DNA of 64,000 bases from an uncultured Candidatus Rokubacteria bacterium (GTDB lineage: Bacteria > Methylomirabilota > Methylomirabilia > Rokubacteriales > DASRDR01), in the NCBI GenBank assembly GCA_963826115.1, contig CAWGVS010000006.1, forward strand, positions 704,001 through 768,000. Reading direction: 5' to 3'. Below the pieces are notes generated by a model that ran no database searches, had not been told where the DNA came from, and worked only from the letters and a program-made list of their open reading frames with translations. The translations under genes and the position numbers were made by a program. This document shows, piece by piece, positions 39,140-49,132 of this stretch; positions within the stretch are counted from its first letter, which is position 1, and every line of letters starts with the position of its first letter.

Positions 39140-39794
39140 AGCCCGCTCCTCGGATGGTGTGGATCAGCCGCCGCTCTCCGGGGCCGTCGACCTTCCGGCG
39201 GAGGTAGCCGACGTAGACGTCGACCACGTTCGACTCGGGATCGAAGTTGAGCCCCCACACGTGCTCGGTCAGCATCGAGCGCGTCTGGACGCGCCCGACG
39301 TTGCGCATGAGGAACTCGAGGAGCGCGTACTCGCGGACCGTGAGCTCGACCTTCCGCGGGCCCCGCGTCACCTCGCGCGTGGCCGGATCGAGCGTCAGGT
39401 CGGTCACCCGGAGCAGCGACGAGCGCTGCCCGTGGCCGCGACGGAGGAGCGCCCGGATCCGCGCGAGGAGCTCGTCGAAGGAAAACGGCTTGGTGAGGTA
39501 GTCGTCGGCGCCGAGATCGAGCCCGGCGACCCGGTCGGGGACGGTGTCGCGCGCGGTCAGGAACAGGACCGGCGTCTCGATCCGGCGCTCGCGGAGCTGC
39601 TTCAGCACCGAGAAGCCGTCGTGCCGGGGGAGCATCACGTCCAGGACGATCAGATCGAACGGAGGGCCGCCGAGCAGGAGGTCGAGGGCGGCGGCTCCGT
39701 CGAGGGCGACCTCGACGGCGTAGCCCTCCTCCTCGAGGCCCTGGCGGATGAAGCTCGCGACCTTGCGGTCGTCCTCGGCCACGAGCAGGCGCAT
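39117..39794 (-). CDS. Response regulator, OmpR/PhoB family
   Basis: LLVAEDD, LDVMLP, GADDYLTKPF, SNVVDVYVGYLRRK, HTIRGAGY. Confidence 0.95.
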   Translation of the reverse strand: MRLLVAEDDRKVASFIRQGLEEEGYAVEVALDGAAALDLLLGGPPFDLIVLDVMLPRHDGFSVLKQLRERRIETPVLFLTARDTVPDRVAGLDLGADDYLTKPFSFDELLARIRALLRRGHGQRSSLLRVTDLTLDPATREVTRGPRKVELTVREYALLEFLMRNVGRVQTRSMLTEHVWGLNFDPESNVVDVYVGYLRRKVDGPGERRLIHTIRGAGYVLRDGA

Positions 39795-39933
39795 CGCGGC
39801 CTCCAGCGTAGCACCGCGAGTCGGCGCCGGTCTCGACCGGCACGGGCTCGGCGGGGTCGGGCTCATGTGAGAGGCCCGGGGGAAGTGTCGCGGGGCCGCC
39901 CCGAGCGGAGCGGCCCCGCAACGGATGGGTCCG

Positions 39934-40337
39934 CTACTTCTTGACGACCTTGGCGATCGTGGAGGCCACGGGCTTCCCGTCGACCTCGGCGTACGCCACG
40001 CGGACGTGATCCCCCGCCTTCAGCGTGCCGAGCTCGGCCACGGCCTTCTCGCCGGCGCCGAACGTCTTGTCCTCGGACTTTCCGTTCACGACGTGCTTCA
40101 GGGTGATGGTCTTCGCCGTGGCGTCGACCGACACGATCTCGCCCATCACGGTGTGGGTCTTCGGCGCGACCGTCTTCGGGGCGGTCGTCGCGGCGGGCTT
40201 GGCGGCCGGCGTCGTCGCGGCCGGCGCGACGGCGCCGGCGCCGGGGTGGTGGTGGCCCCGCCGGTCTGGGCCGGGGCGGCGCTCGACAGGGCGAGCACGG
40301 TCAGGGACGTGGCAAGAAGGGCAGCAGCGGTCTTCAT
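39934..40337 (-). CDS. Exported small OB-fold-like protein (CusF/DUF1344-like) with Ala/Pro/Thr linker; frameshift near 40250
   Basis: GGAGG RBS, signal peptide MKTAAALLA..., then GEIVSVDATAKTITLK...LKAGDHVRVAY in ORF 39934..40149. Confidence 0.7.
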
Positions 40338-40427
40338 GGGTTCTCCTCCCGTTGTGTCGAGGGCCCGGTCACCGCCCCTGCGATGCCCGTCGAGGACCCT
40401 CCCAACGTCCGAGGCTAGCCCCTGGCC

Positions 40428-40465
40428 ATGAGAGGCCCATGAAACGAGGATGAGAAGTTTCTCAT
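40428..40465. promoter_or_regulatory. Putative OmpR-family regulator binding array
   Basis: ATGAGA/ATGAAA/ATGAGA at 40428, 40439 and 40450 (11-bp period) plus inverted repeat ATGAGAA-GT-TTCTCAT; TAGCCT -10-like box downstream on minus strand. Confidence 0.6.
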
Positions 40466-40504
40466 CGAGCGGGCGGCGGCACCGCCGCCGGCGTCGCGGC
40501 GCGC

Positions 40505-41104
40505 TTACAGGCCGGCGAGCAACGCATCGAACGCGCGGCGGAGCACGGCCTCCGTGGCCTCGCCCTCGCTCACGCCCCGCACCGTGCCCCCGCGCTCCAC
40601 CCAGTAAACGGTCGGGTAGCGGACGACGCCCAGGGCCCGGGCCAGGGAGCTCTCGGCGTCGTCGAGGGCGACCGGGAAGTCCACACGGTGCAGCGCGACG
40701 AATTCCGACGGGGACGGGCCGCCGCGGCGGCCGATGGCCGTCGTGACGCTCACGAGGCGGACCGTCGGATAGTCGCGGGCGACCTGCTGGAGCGCGGGCA
40801 GGAGCCGCCCGCAGTGGGGACACCAGGACGCCCAGACGACGAGCACGGTCGGCGCCCCGTCGCGATCCTGCCAGCGCACGATGCCGCCGTCGAGGCCGGG
40901 CGCCCGGAAGTCGGGGACCTTCTCGCCGACGGCCAGGGTGTCGGTCCGGCGGGGGCCGCCCGGGCGGACCTCTTCGGGGGCGGCGGACCGCGGCGCGTCG
41001 ACGGTCGCGCAGCCGCCGAGGAGACCGGCGACCAGGAGAGTGCCGAGCAGGCCGGCCCGGAGCGCGCGTCGCGCGCGGTCCGCCGGCCGTCCGTGTCGCG
41101 TCAC
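40505..41104 (-). CDS. TlpA/ResA-like thiol-disulfide oxidoreductase lipoprotein
   Basis: Lipobox LGGC, PDF, WASWCPHC, YPT. Confidence 0.85.
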   Translation of the reverse strand: MTRHGRPADRARRALRAGLLGTLLVAGLLGGCATVDAPRSAAPEEVRPGGPRRTDTLAVGEKVPDFRAPGLDGGIVRWQDRDGAPTVLVVWASWCPHCGRLLPALQQVARDYPTVRLVSVTTAIGRRGGPSPSEFVALHRVDFPVALDDAESSLARALGVVRYPTVYWVERGGTVRGVSEGEATEAVLRRAFDALLAGL

Positions 41105-41170
41105 GTCTTCGATGGTACCGGGACTCCCGGCGCGGTGCGATCCGGAGCGGCGTACTTGGCCGTGGACGCG

Positions 41171-41926
41171 CTAGGCCGTCACGGGCACGTGCGCCCGGAG
41201 GAACCGCCGCGCGTGCTCGACGACCTCGTCGATGTGCTCCGGGGAGTCCTTCCAGGGATAGATGGTCACCTCGGCGCGCGGCGCGAGGCTCGCGACCTCC
41301 ATCGCGACCTTGTACGGGTGCGCGGGCACGTCGTCGGGCGCGATCAGGAGCGGGGTCCGGATCGAGCGCACGAAGTCGCGCGACACGGTGAACACGAAGT
41401 CGGCGCGGTTCGTGTACATGCTCGTCAGGAAGTCGTGGACCATCGCCATCGTGACGTCGGGACGGCGCTTGCACAGCTCGGGCCCCCAGCCGGTGATGTT
41501 GTTCCGGTAGAAGAGGTCGGGGAGCTCGGGCCGGAAGCCGCTCGGCTGCATCATCGCCGCCGCGACGACGCGGCCGGGCGCCCGGCGGATGAGGTTGTGG
41601 ATCATGGGCCCGCCGATGCAGAAGCCCATGACCAGGAACTCCCGGATGCCGAGGTGGTCCATCAGCCCGAGCTGGTCGTCGGCGTAGGCGTCCCACGGCC
41701 GGTCGATCTCGAGCGGCCCGCTGGACTTCCCGGGATTGGCGTTGCGCAGGTCGGCCGTGATGCAGCGGAAGTCGTCCCGGTACCGCGCCATCGGGTCGAA
41801 GGGCGACGCGGTCTGCCAGGACGCGAGCGCCGAGTTGAGCCCGCCGCCCGGGATCAGGAGGAGCGGGAAGCCGGCGCCGACCTCCTCGTAGTGGATGCGG
41901 ACGGGACCTCGCTCGTAGAACGGCAT
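41171..41926 (-). CDS. Alpha/beta hydrolase
   Basis: IHYEEVGAGFPLLLIPGG, DLRN, GFCIGG nucleophile elbow; GGAG RBS. Confidence 0.88.
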   Translation of the reverse strand: MPFYERGPVRIHYEEVGAGFPLLLIPGGGLNSALASWQTASPFDPMARYRDDFRCITADLRNANPGKSSGPLEIDRPWDAYADDQLGLMDHLGIREFLVMGFCIGGPMIHNLIRRAPGRVVAAAMMQPSGFRPELPDLFYRNNITGWGPELCKRRPDVTMAMVHDFLTSMYTNRADFVFTVSRDFVRSIRTPLLIAPDDVPAHPYKVAMEVASLAPRAEVTIYPWKDSPEHIDEVVEHARRFLRAHVPVTA

Positions 41927-42292
41927 GGGGCGGTCTCCTTCCTCTCGGGGGTTCTCCGCTACTCTAGCGCGCCGTTGCCGGGCCGTGCACCCGGCGCGGG
42001 CCGCGCCCGGCGCCTCGGTGGCGGAGCTGAGAGACGAGCCGGCGGATGATCCCGGCCCGGCGAGGGGGCTGGGCACCACGGCCTTTCGGGCCTCGACGGC
42101 CAGGCGACCGGCCGCGTGGTGGGTGGGGCGTCCGTCGGGGTATGATCCGCGGGCCCAACTCCTGACCTCCCGGCGCGCCCTCCAGGCAGCGGGGATGGCG
42201 CCGGGATCTCGACCCCGAGCACGCCGGAGGCGGCGCCCGGTCCGTCGCCCGGCCGCGTCCGCCACCGCTGCCGCCATGGGAGGAGCGAGGCC

Positions 42293-43120
42293 ATGCGTAT
42301 CGGAGGCCGGATCGTCCTCGGGCTCGCGGTGATCGGTGCGCTGGAAGCGGCGGCGTGGGCCGATACCCTGAAGTGCGATCGGATCAACAGCGTGCCCACG
42401 GTCATCAGCAGTCCCGGGGTGTACTGCCTGGACCGTCACCTCACCACGGGCATCGCGAGCGGAGCCGCGATCGTCATCCAGAGCAACAACGTGACGCTGG
42501 ACCTCGCCGGCTTCACCCTCGCCGGGACGGCCGGCCCCGCGGGCGCCGCCTTCGGCATCCAGGCGGTGGGCCGGCGGAACGTCACGATCCGCGACGGCAC
42601 GGTGCGGGGCTTCGAGGAGGGCATCTCGCTGAGCGGCGGCGCGAACAACGTCGTCGAGCGGATCCGAGCCGAGCGGAACACGCTGCGCGGGATCGGGAAC
42701 GTGGGGGGCGAGCGCAACATCGTCCGCCAGAGCCAGGTGTTCGACACGCCCGGGCGCATGGTCGGCCCGACGTTCTTCTCGCCGTCGGCGCTCGCGGCCG
42801 GCGGGACCGGAAGCCGGGCCATCGACAACGACGTCTTCGGGTTCCCCAGCGCGGCCGGGGCCAACGGGGTGGGGATCGCGGTGGGCGGGCTGGGCGTGGT
42901 GGTCGAGGGCAACCGCGTCGGCAATCCGAAGGACGCGGGACCCAGCATCGGCATCGCCGTGGACCCGGGCTCCGAGCACGTGCTCGTGATCGGCAACCGC
43001 ATCACGACCGTCCACACCGGCGTGCTCGCGGACCTCTTGACGCGGTGCCGAGACAACTCCTTCGCCGGCATCACCGGCCTGCTCATGGACAGCTGCGCCG
43101 ACGCGGGGGGCAACAACTGA
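42293..43120 (+). CDS. Exported right-handed parallel beta-helix repeat protein
   Basis: GGAGG RBS, signal peptide, SPGVYCL, NNVTLDLAGFTL, NVTIRDGTVRGF, repeated V.GN motifs. Confidence 0.82.
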   Translation: MRIGGRIVLGLAVIGALEAAAWADTLKCDRINSVPTVISSPGVYCLDRHLTTGIASGAAIVIQSNNVTLDLAGFTLAGTAGPAGAAFGIQAVGRRNVTIRDGTVRGFEEGISLSGGANNVVERIRAERNTLRGIGNVGGERNIVRQSQVFDTPGRMVGPTFFSPSALAAGGTGSRAIDNDVFGFPSAAGANGVGIAVGGLGVVVEGNRVGNPKDAGPSIGIAVDPGSEHVLVIGNRITTVHTGVLADLLTRCRDNSFAGITGLLMDSCADAGGNN

Positions 43121-43291
43121 CGCTGCGCGCTTTCGGGACGTTCGAGGGCCAGCCGGGACGGTGTGAGGCCGGCGCCGGTTGGTCTCGTCGCGCCAGGCCG
43201 CGACGGGCGCGCGCGCCTCGAGGAGGCGCCGCGCGCGCTCCATGGCCTGGTCGATGCGCTTCTGGGAGTCCTCGACGGGTGGCCGGTCCGG

Positions 43292-43567
43292 CTAGGCCGT
43301 CTTCGTCCGGACCACGAGATCCACGTGACGGTCGAGGACCTGGAGGAGCCGGAGCACCTGGTCGACCGACTTCCGGTAGTTGGTCTGATCGAGCAGACGG
43401 TAGAGCTGGGTGGGGGACGTGCCGAGCCGGCGAATGATCTCTCGCCGCGCCAGAGGGCTCGCGGCGACGGCCTTCCGGGCCTCGACCGTGAGCCGGTAGA
43501 GCAGGGCGTCGCGGAGGTAGCCGGGGTCCCGGTTGTACTCGAGCACGTCATCCACGTGAACCGTGCC
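43292..43567 (-). pseudogene. N-terminally truncated HTH transcriptional regulator/antitoxin-like gene
   Basis: GTVHVDDVLEYNRDP...RREIIRRLGTSPTQLYRLLD; in-frame TGA a few codons upstream. Confidence 0.55.
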
Positions 43568-43641
43568 CCGGCTCGTTCACGCGCTGTATCGATTCAGGAC
43601 CAGCGGCGATGCAGAGTGCGGGCAGCGCCGCAGCGCGCGGG

Positions 43642-44710
43642 TCAGCGGAGCGCGCGCATGATGCGGGCCCAGTCCTCGATCGCGCGCTCCTGGCCGGGGA
43701 CGAGCTGGACGGCGAACTGCGTGTACCCGGCGTCGCGCAGGGCGGCGAGCCGGTCCGTGAGCGCGGCCTCGGTGCCCGTGAACGTGGTCTCGCGGATCAG
43801 CGCCGGGGTGACGAAGCGCCGCTCCTCCGGCTTGACGAAGACCAGGTGGCCGCGGTGGTTCATCAGGTAGCGGGCGTCGGCCGGCTCGAAGCGCCGCGCG
43901 ACCTCGACGTAGCCGGCGACCTCCTCCGCGACGGCGGCCGGGACCGGCGACGTGTTCGGCAGCCCCGCCAGCGCCTCGTCGGCGGCGCGGTGGAGCAGCA
44001 CCGCGGCGCGCGGACCGGCCTGGGCCATGGCCCGCGGCGAGTCGTAGGGCTCGCCGTCGGCGAGCACGCAGCCCAGCGCGAAGGCGACGGCGGAGAGCGG
44101 GGCGGTGTGGCCCGCCGCGCTCCACGCCGCGCGCATCTGGGCGAGGGCGCGGAGACCGCCGTCGAGACCCGCCACGAAGTAGAGCCACCCGGCCTCGAGC
44201 CGGGCCGTCAGCGCCTGGGCGCGGGGGCCGTACGCGGAGACGTGCAGCGCGATCGGGTCCCGCGTGTTGATCAGGCCGAGCTCGGGGTTGAGGAAGCGGA
44301 TCTTCCGGCGGTGGCCCTCGATCTCCGTCTCCACCGTCTCCTCGCGCAGGAGGGCGTAGACGGTGTGGATGTACGCCTCGAGGTCCGCGAGGCGCATGGC
44401 GCCGAGGCCCATCGCCCGCCGACCGGTGAAGCCGGTGCCGACGCCGAAGTCGATGCGCCCGGGGGCGAGCTTGTTGAGCGAGGCCAGCCCGGAGGCGGTG
44501 ACCGGCGGCGATCCGGTTCGTGGGGATCAGCACGCCCGTGCCGAGGCGGATGCGCGACGTCTTCACCGCCGCGGCGCCCATGGCCACGAAGCAGTCGGCG
44601 CACAGCATCTGCGAGTCGTAGAACCAGGCGTGGGTGAAGCCGAGCTCCTCGGCGCGCTGCACCACCTTCCAGCTGTCGGCGCTCGTCGCCACCGCGATGC
44701 CGAAGTCCAT
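43642..44710 (-). CDS. LLM-class flavin-dependent oxidoreductase; frameshift near 44500
   Basis: AEELGFTHAWFYDSQM, TSRIRLGTGVLIP, APGRIDFGVGTGF, SAYGPR. Confidence 0.9.
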
Positions 44711-44721
44711 GCCGACGCTCC

Positions 44722-45554
44722 TTACAGGTACGCCGCGTTGGCCTGGTAGCCGAGGCGAAACGACACGCGGGCGGCGGCCTCGACGACGCGGGGGAGGACC
44801 CGCCGGCGGAAGGCCTCGGTCATGCGGGTCTTGCTGCCGCTGACGCTGATCGCGGCCACGACCTCGCCCGCGCGGTCGCGGATCGGCGCGGCCATGCACA
44901 CGACGTCGGCGCGCCGCTCCTCGCGATCGATGGCGTAGCCCTGGGCGCGGACGGCGGCCAGCTCGGCCTCGAGGCGCGCGAAGTCGGCGATCGAGTGCCG
45001 CGTGTAGGGGCGCCAGCCGTGGCGCTCGATCGCGGCCCGCGTCTCGGCCCACGGGCGGTGGGCCAGGAGCGCCTTGCCGAGCGAGGTGCAGTGGGCGACG
45101 GCGCGCCGGCCGAGGGCGGTGTACATGCGGGGGACGGCCTTCGGCGCCGCGTGGGCGAGGTGGAGCACGTCGCCGTCGAGCAGCACCGCGAGGTTGGTGA
45201 GGAGGTTCACCTCGTCGCGGAGGCGGTCCATCTCGTCGAGGGCGTGCTTGCGCACCTCGATCTGGTTGAGGGCGATGCCGGCGAGCTCGATCACCCGGAG
45301 GCCGAGCCGGTAGCCGCCCCGCTGGTTGCGGACGAGGAGCCCCGCGTCCTCCAGCGTCGCGACGTACCGGTAGACCGTGCTCGCGTTCAGGTCGAGCCGC
45401 GCGGCCAGCTCGGCCAGTCCGAGCTGGGGTTCCTCGGCGCTGAAGCAGGTGAGGACGAGCGCGGCGCGCTCGATCGTCTGGCTGCGCGCGCGGCGACCCG
45501 ACGCATGGCGTCGCCGTTCGTCGCCGCGACCACGTCCGTTCCCTGCCGGCCCAT
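44722..45554 (-). CDS. IclR family transcriptional regulator; probable frameshift near 45485
   Basis: SQTIERA, HTH LAELAARLDLNASTVYRY, HCTSLGKALLA, GYAIDREE, AAISVSG. Confidence 0.9.
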
Positions 45555-45590
45555 CGCTCGCCCCATCGGCTCGGCGACAGTAGTCGAGAG

Positions 45591-45605
45591 TTGCGCTATG
45601 CGCAA
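45591..45605. promoter_or_regulatory. Palindromic operator candidate TTGCGC-TAT-GCGCAA between iclR and the catabolic operon
   Basis: Perfect 6-bp inverted repeat in divergent, AT-richer intergenic region; TTGACA at 45620. Confidence 0.55.
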
Positions 45606-45665
45606 GTGATGATTCGACATTGACAAGTATCACGATCGGGTGGGAGACTCCGGCCGGTTCCACCC

Positions 45666-46622
45666 ATGGCCCCGTCGACGCCCTCCCCGCCCCGAGCCGA
45701 GACCCGCCACGACTCGAAGCAGATGCGGGGGGTCTACACCATCCCGGTCACGCCCTTCGACCGGGACGGCGCGCTCGACGAGGCGTCGCTCCGCCGCTGC
45801 GTCGAGTTCTGCGTGCGCGCCGGCGCCCACGGCCTCGTCGCGCCCGTCAACGCGAGCGAGTTCACCAGCCTGACCGACGCCGAGCGGATGCGCGTCGCGG
45901 CGGTCGTGGTCGAGACGGCCGGCCGGCGGCGGCCGGTGGTCATCGGCGTCTCCGGCACGAGCGCGCGCCACGCGGCGCAGTTCGCGCGCGACGCCCGCCG
46001 GATCGGCGCCGACGCGGTGATCGCCATGCCGCCATACGTGCGGAAGGCCGCCGGCGAGGAGGTCGTCGAGTACTTCCGGACCGTCGCGGGCGCGGCCGAG
46101 CTGCCGGTGTTCATCCAGAACTACCAGGCGCCGGTCGGCACGCCGCTCAACGCCGCCTTCCTCGCGCGGATCGTCAAGGAGGTGGACGGCGTCGAGTACG
46201 TCAAGGAGGAGACGCTGCCGGCGGGCCACGTGATCACCGAGGTCTTCCGTCAGGCCGGGCCCCGGCTCCGCGGCGTCATGGGCGGCATGGCCGGGCGGTT
46301 CCTCCTGGACGAGCACCGCCGCGGGATCTGCGGGACGATGCCGGCCTGCGAGGTGACCGACGTCCACGTCCAGCTCTGGGACGCCCTCGAGGCCGGCGAC
46401 GACAAGCGCGCGCGGGCGATCTACCAGCGGCTCCTCCCGCTCCTCACGATCGAGTGGCTCTACGGCGCCTCGGTCTACAAGGAGGTGCTGCGCCGCCGCG
46501 GCGTGATCCAGTCGACGGTCACGCGCGACGCCGGGCTCCACAAGCTCGACGAGTTCGACCACAAGGAGCTCGACGCGATCCTGGCCGACGTGGGCGAGCT
46601 GTTCACGGCGACGGCGCCGTGA
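45666..46622 (+). CDS. Dihydrodipicolinate synthase/NAL family aldolase-dehydratase
   Basis: PVTPF, SEFTSLTDAER, GADAVIAMPPY, Schiff-base Lys in YVKEE; alternative start 45723. Confidence 0.88.
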   Translation: MAPSTPSPPRAETRHDSKQMRGVYTIPVTPFDRDGALDEASLRRCVEFCVRAGAHGLVAPVNASEFTSLTDAERMRVAAVVVETAGRRRPVVIGVSGTSARHAAQFARDARRIGADAVIAMPPYVRKAAGEEVVEYFRTVAGAAELPVFIQNYQAPVGTPLNAAFLARIVKEVDGVEYVKEETLPAGHVITEVFRQAGPRLRGVMGGMAGRFLLDEHRRGICGTMPACEVTDVHVQLWDALEAGDDKRARAIYQRLLPLLTIEWLYGASVYKEVLRRRGVIQSTVTRDAGLHKLDEFDHKELDAILADVGELFTATAP

Positions 46623-46632
46623 CGGGCGCGCC

Positions 46633-47808
46633 GTGAAGGTCACCGACCTCCGCACCGTCGTCGTCGGGAACCCCTGGAAGAACTGGCTCTTCGTGGTCCT
46701 CGAGACCGACGAGGGGCTCACGGGGCTCGGGGAGGGGACGCTCGGGCTCAGCACCCAGCCGGTGCTGGGCGCGCTCGCCGAGCTCAAGCGGTTCGTGATC
46801 GGCCAGGACCCGCTCCGGATCGGCGCCCTCTGGGACGCGATGGCCCGCGGCTGGTACCTGCCGACCGACGCCGTCCACGTGACCGCGATGAGCGCGGTGG
46901 AGATCGCGTGCTGGGACCTCCTCGGCAAGAGCCTGGGCGTCCCGCTCCACCGCCTGCTCGGCGGCGCCGCCCGGGACCAGGTGCCCGTCTACGCGAACGG
47001 CTGGTACCGCGGCCGCCGGACGCCGGAGGACTTCGCGACGCGGGCGCGCGAGGTCGCGCGGCAGGGGTTCCGCGGGCTCAAGTTCGACCCGTTCGGCGCC
47101 GCCCACGGCGACGCTCGACGTCCGGGAGGAGGCCCTGTCCCTCGAGATCGTCGCGGCCGTGCGCGAGGCCGTGGGCCCCGCGTCGAGCTGATGATCGAGG
47201 CCCACGACCGGTTCGACGTGCCCACGGCGATCCGCGTCGGGCGGGCGCTCGAGCCCCACCGGATCGCGTGGTACGAGGCGCCGGTCCACTCGACCGACCT
47301 CGAGGCCCTGGCCCGCGTGGCCGGCGCCGTGCCCGTGCCGGTCGCGGCGGGGGAGCGGCTCAGCCAGCCCGCCGACTTCGCGCGCCTCGGCCGGAGCCGG
47401 ACGGTCCTGATCTGGCAGCCCGAGACGCTCTCGATCGGCGGCGTGTCCGGGATCCAGCAGGTCTCGGCGATCGCCGCCGCGTACGGCGCGACGATCGCGC
47501 CCCACAATGCGCGGGGCCCGGTCTGCACCGCCGTCAACGCCCACCTCGCCGCGTGGCTCCCGAACCTCCGCGTCCAGGAGTACTTCGTCGAGGGCGCGGT
47601 GCCGATGGCCTTCGAGGTGCTCCGCGGCGCGCCGCGCGCGGTCGACGGCGTGCTGACCGTGCCCGACGGCCCGGGGCTCGGCGTGGAGCTCGACGAGGCT
47701 GCGGCCGCCCGCTACCCGTATCGCGCCGACCACTTCATGCACTTCTTCGAGCCGGGCTGGGAGCAGCGCTTCGACGACGACGCGCCCGGCGGCGCGGGAC
47801 GGCGATGA
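46633..47808 (+). CDS. Enolase superfamily acid-sugar dehydratase (galactonate dehydratase-like); two compensating frameshifts around 47110-47180
   Basis: ETDEGLTGLGE, WDLLGK, YANGW, KFDPF, IEAH, WYEAP, AAGER, APHN, PGLG. Confidence 0.88.
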   Translation: MKVTDLRTVVVGNPWKNWLFVVLETDEGLTGLGEGTLGLSTQPVLGALAELKRFVIGQDPLRIGALWDAMARGWYLPTDAVHVTAMSAVEIACWDLLGKSLGVPLHRLLGGAARDQVPVYANGWYRGRRTPEDFATRAREVARQGFRGLKFDPFGAAHGDARRPGGGPVPRDRRGRARGRGPRVELMIEAHDRFDVPTAIRVGRALEPHRIAWYEAPVHSTDLEALARVAGAVPVPVAAGERLSQPADFARLGRSRTVLIWQPETLSIGGVSGIQQVSAIAAAYGATIAPHNARGPVCTAVNAHLAAWLPNLRVQEYFVEGAVPMAFEVLRGAPRAVDGVLTVPDGPGLGVELDEAAAARYPYRADHFMHFFEPGWEQRFDDDAPGGAGRR

Positions 47809-49080
47809 CGACGATCCGGCTGCCGTGGGGCGCGTGGTACGGCGACGAGACGCGCGAGCTCGCTCGTTCCCGACCGCTGGCGGGTGACGGTGCCGCCGGC
47901 GCCGTCCGCGCCGGCCCTGTCCGAGGCGGCGCTCCGCCGGGCGCTCGCGACGCCGATCGGGAGCCCGCCGCTCCGCGAGCTGGCGCGCGGCAAGCGGTCG
48001 GCGGCGATCGTCGTCGACGACCTCACGCGCCCGACGCCGGCGAGCGTCATCCTGCCGCTCGTGCTCGACGAGCTGCGGGCGGGCGGCATCGAGGCCGGCG
48101 CCGTGCGCGTCCTGCTCGGCTTCGGCGGCCACCGGGCGCTCGGGCGGCCGGAGCTCCTCCACAAGCTCGGGCCGCTCGCCGACGACCTGACCGTCATCAA
48201 CCACACGCCCTACGAGCACCTCGTGGCGTTCGGGACCACGACGGCCGGCACGCCGGTGTTCATCAGCCGCTGGTACGCGGAGGCGGAGCTCCGCGTGACG
48301 ATCGGCTGCGTGGAGCCCCATCCCGCGCTCGGCTGGAGCGGCGGCGCCAAGCTCGTCGTCCCGGGCCTGGCCGGGATCGAGACGATCGCCGCCAACCACC
48401 GCCCGGGCCACCTGGCGCGCGGCATCCTCGCCCCCGACGACAACGCCCAGCGACGGGACGTCGAGGAGGCGGTGCGGCGGGTCGGCCTCGACCACATCGT
48501 GAACGTGGTCATCGCGGGCCGGCGCGAGGTCGTCGGGCTCTTCGCGGGCGACATGGTGGCGGCCCACCGCGCGGCCGCCCGCTTCGCCGAGCCGCTCTAC
48601 CACACGCCGGTCGGCGCGCCGGCCGACGTCGCGCTCTTCAACGCCTACCCGAAGGACACGGAGCTTCTCCAGGCGAACAACGCGCTGAACGCCGCGCTGG
48701 CGGCGCGGACGGCGCTCCTCCGCGAGGGCGGCGTCGCCGTCGTGGCGACGGCCGCTTCCGAGGGCCCGGGCTACCACGCCCTCTACCAGCCCGGGGCGCG
48801 CTACTACGAGCGGCCGGCGCATCGCTACGTCGCCGACCGGCCCGTGACGGTGTACTGCCCGCACGGGCGCGCGGCGGACCTGCCGCCGTCGTTCCCCGCC
48901 GGCACCACGCTCCACCGCGCGTGGGCGGACGTGGTCCGGTGGGTCGAGTCACGCGTCGGCCTCGAGCCGGCCGTGACCGTCTTCACCGAGGGGCCGCTCC
49001 AGATTCCGATCGCCGCCGGCCGTCACGCCGCCGCCGGCGCGCAGGACCGCGCGCCGCTCGCGGACAGTCACGCCCGGTAG
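47805..49080 (+). CDS. larA: Lactate racemase LarA-family nickel-pincer enzyme (DUF2088); frameshift near 47865
   Basis: PIGSPPL, VVDDLTRPTP, GGHR, INH, EPHPALGWSGGAK, PGLAG, ANH. Confidence 0.85.
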
Positions 49081-49132
49081 GGCGAACACCCGGAAAGGAT
49101 TCGAGCCACGACGACGTCGCCTGGCCACGGCC

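Noticed and set aside
47110-47180. Programmed frameshifting at the frame breaks
   Set aside because: No slippery heptamers seen; the breaks match the window-wide indel-error pattern.
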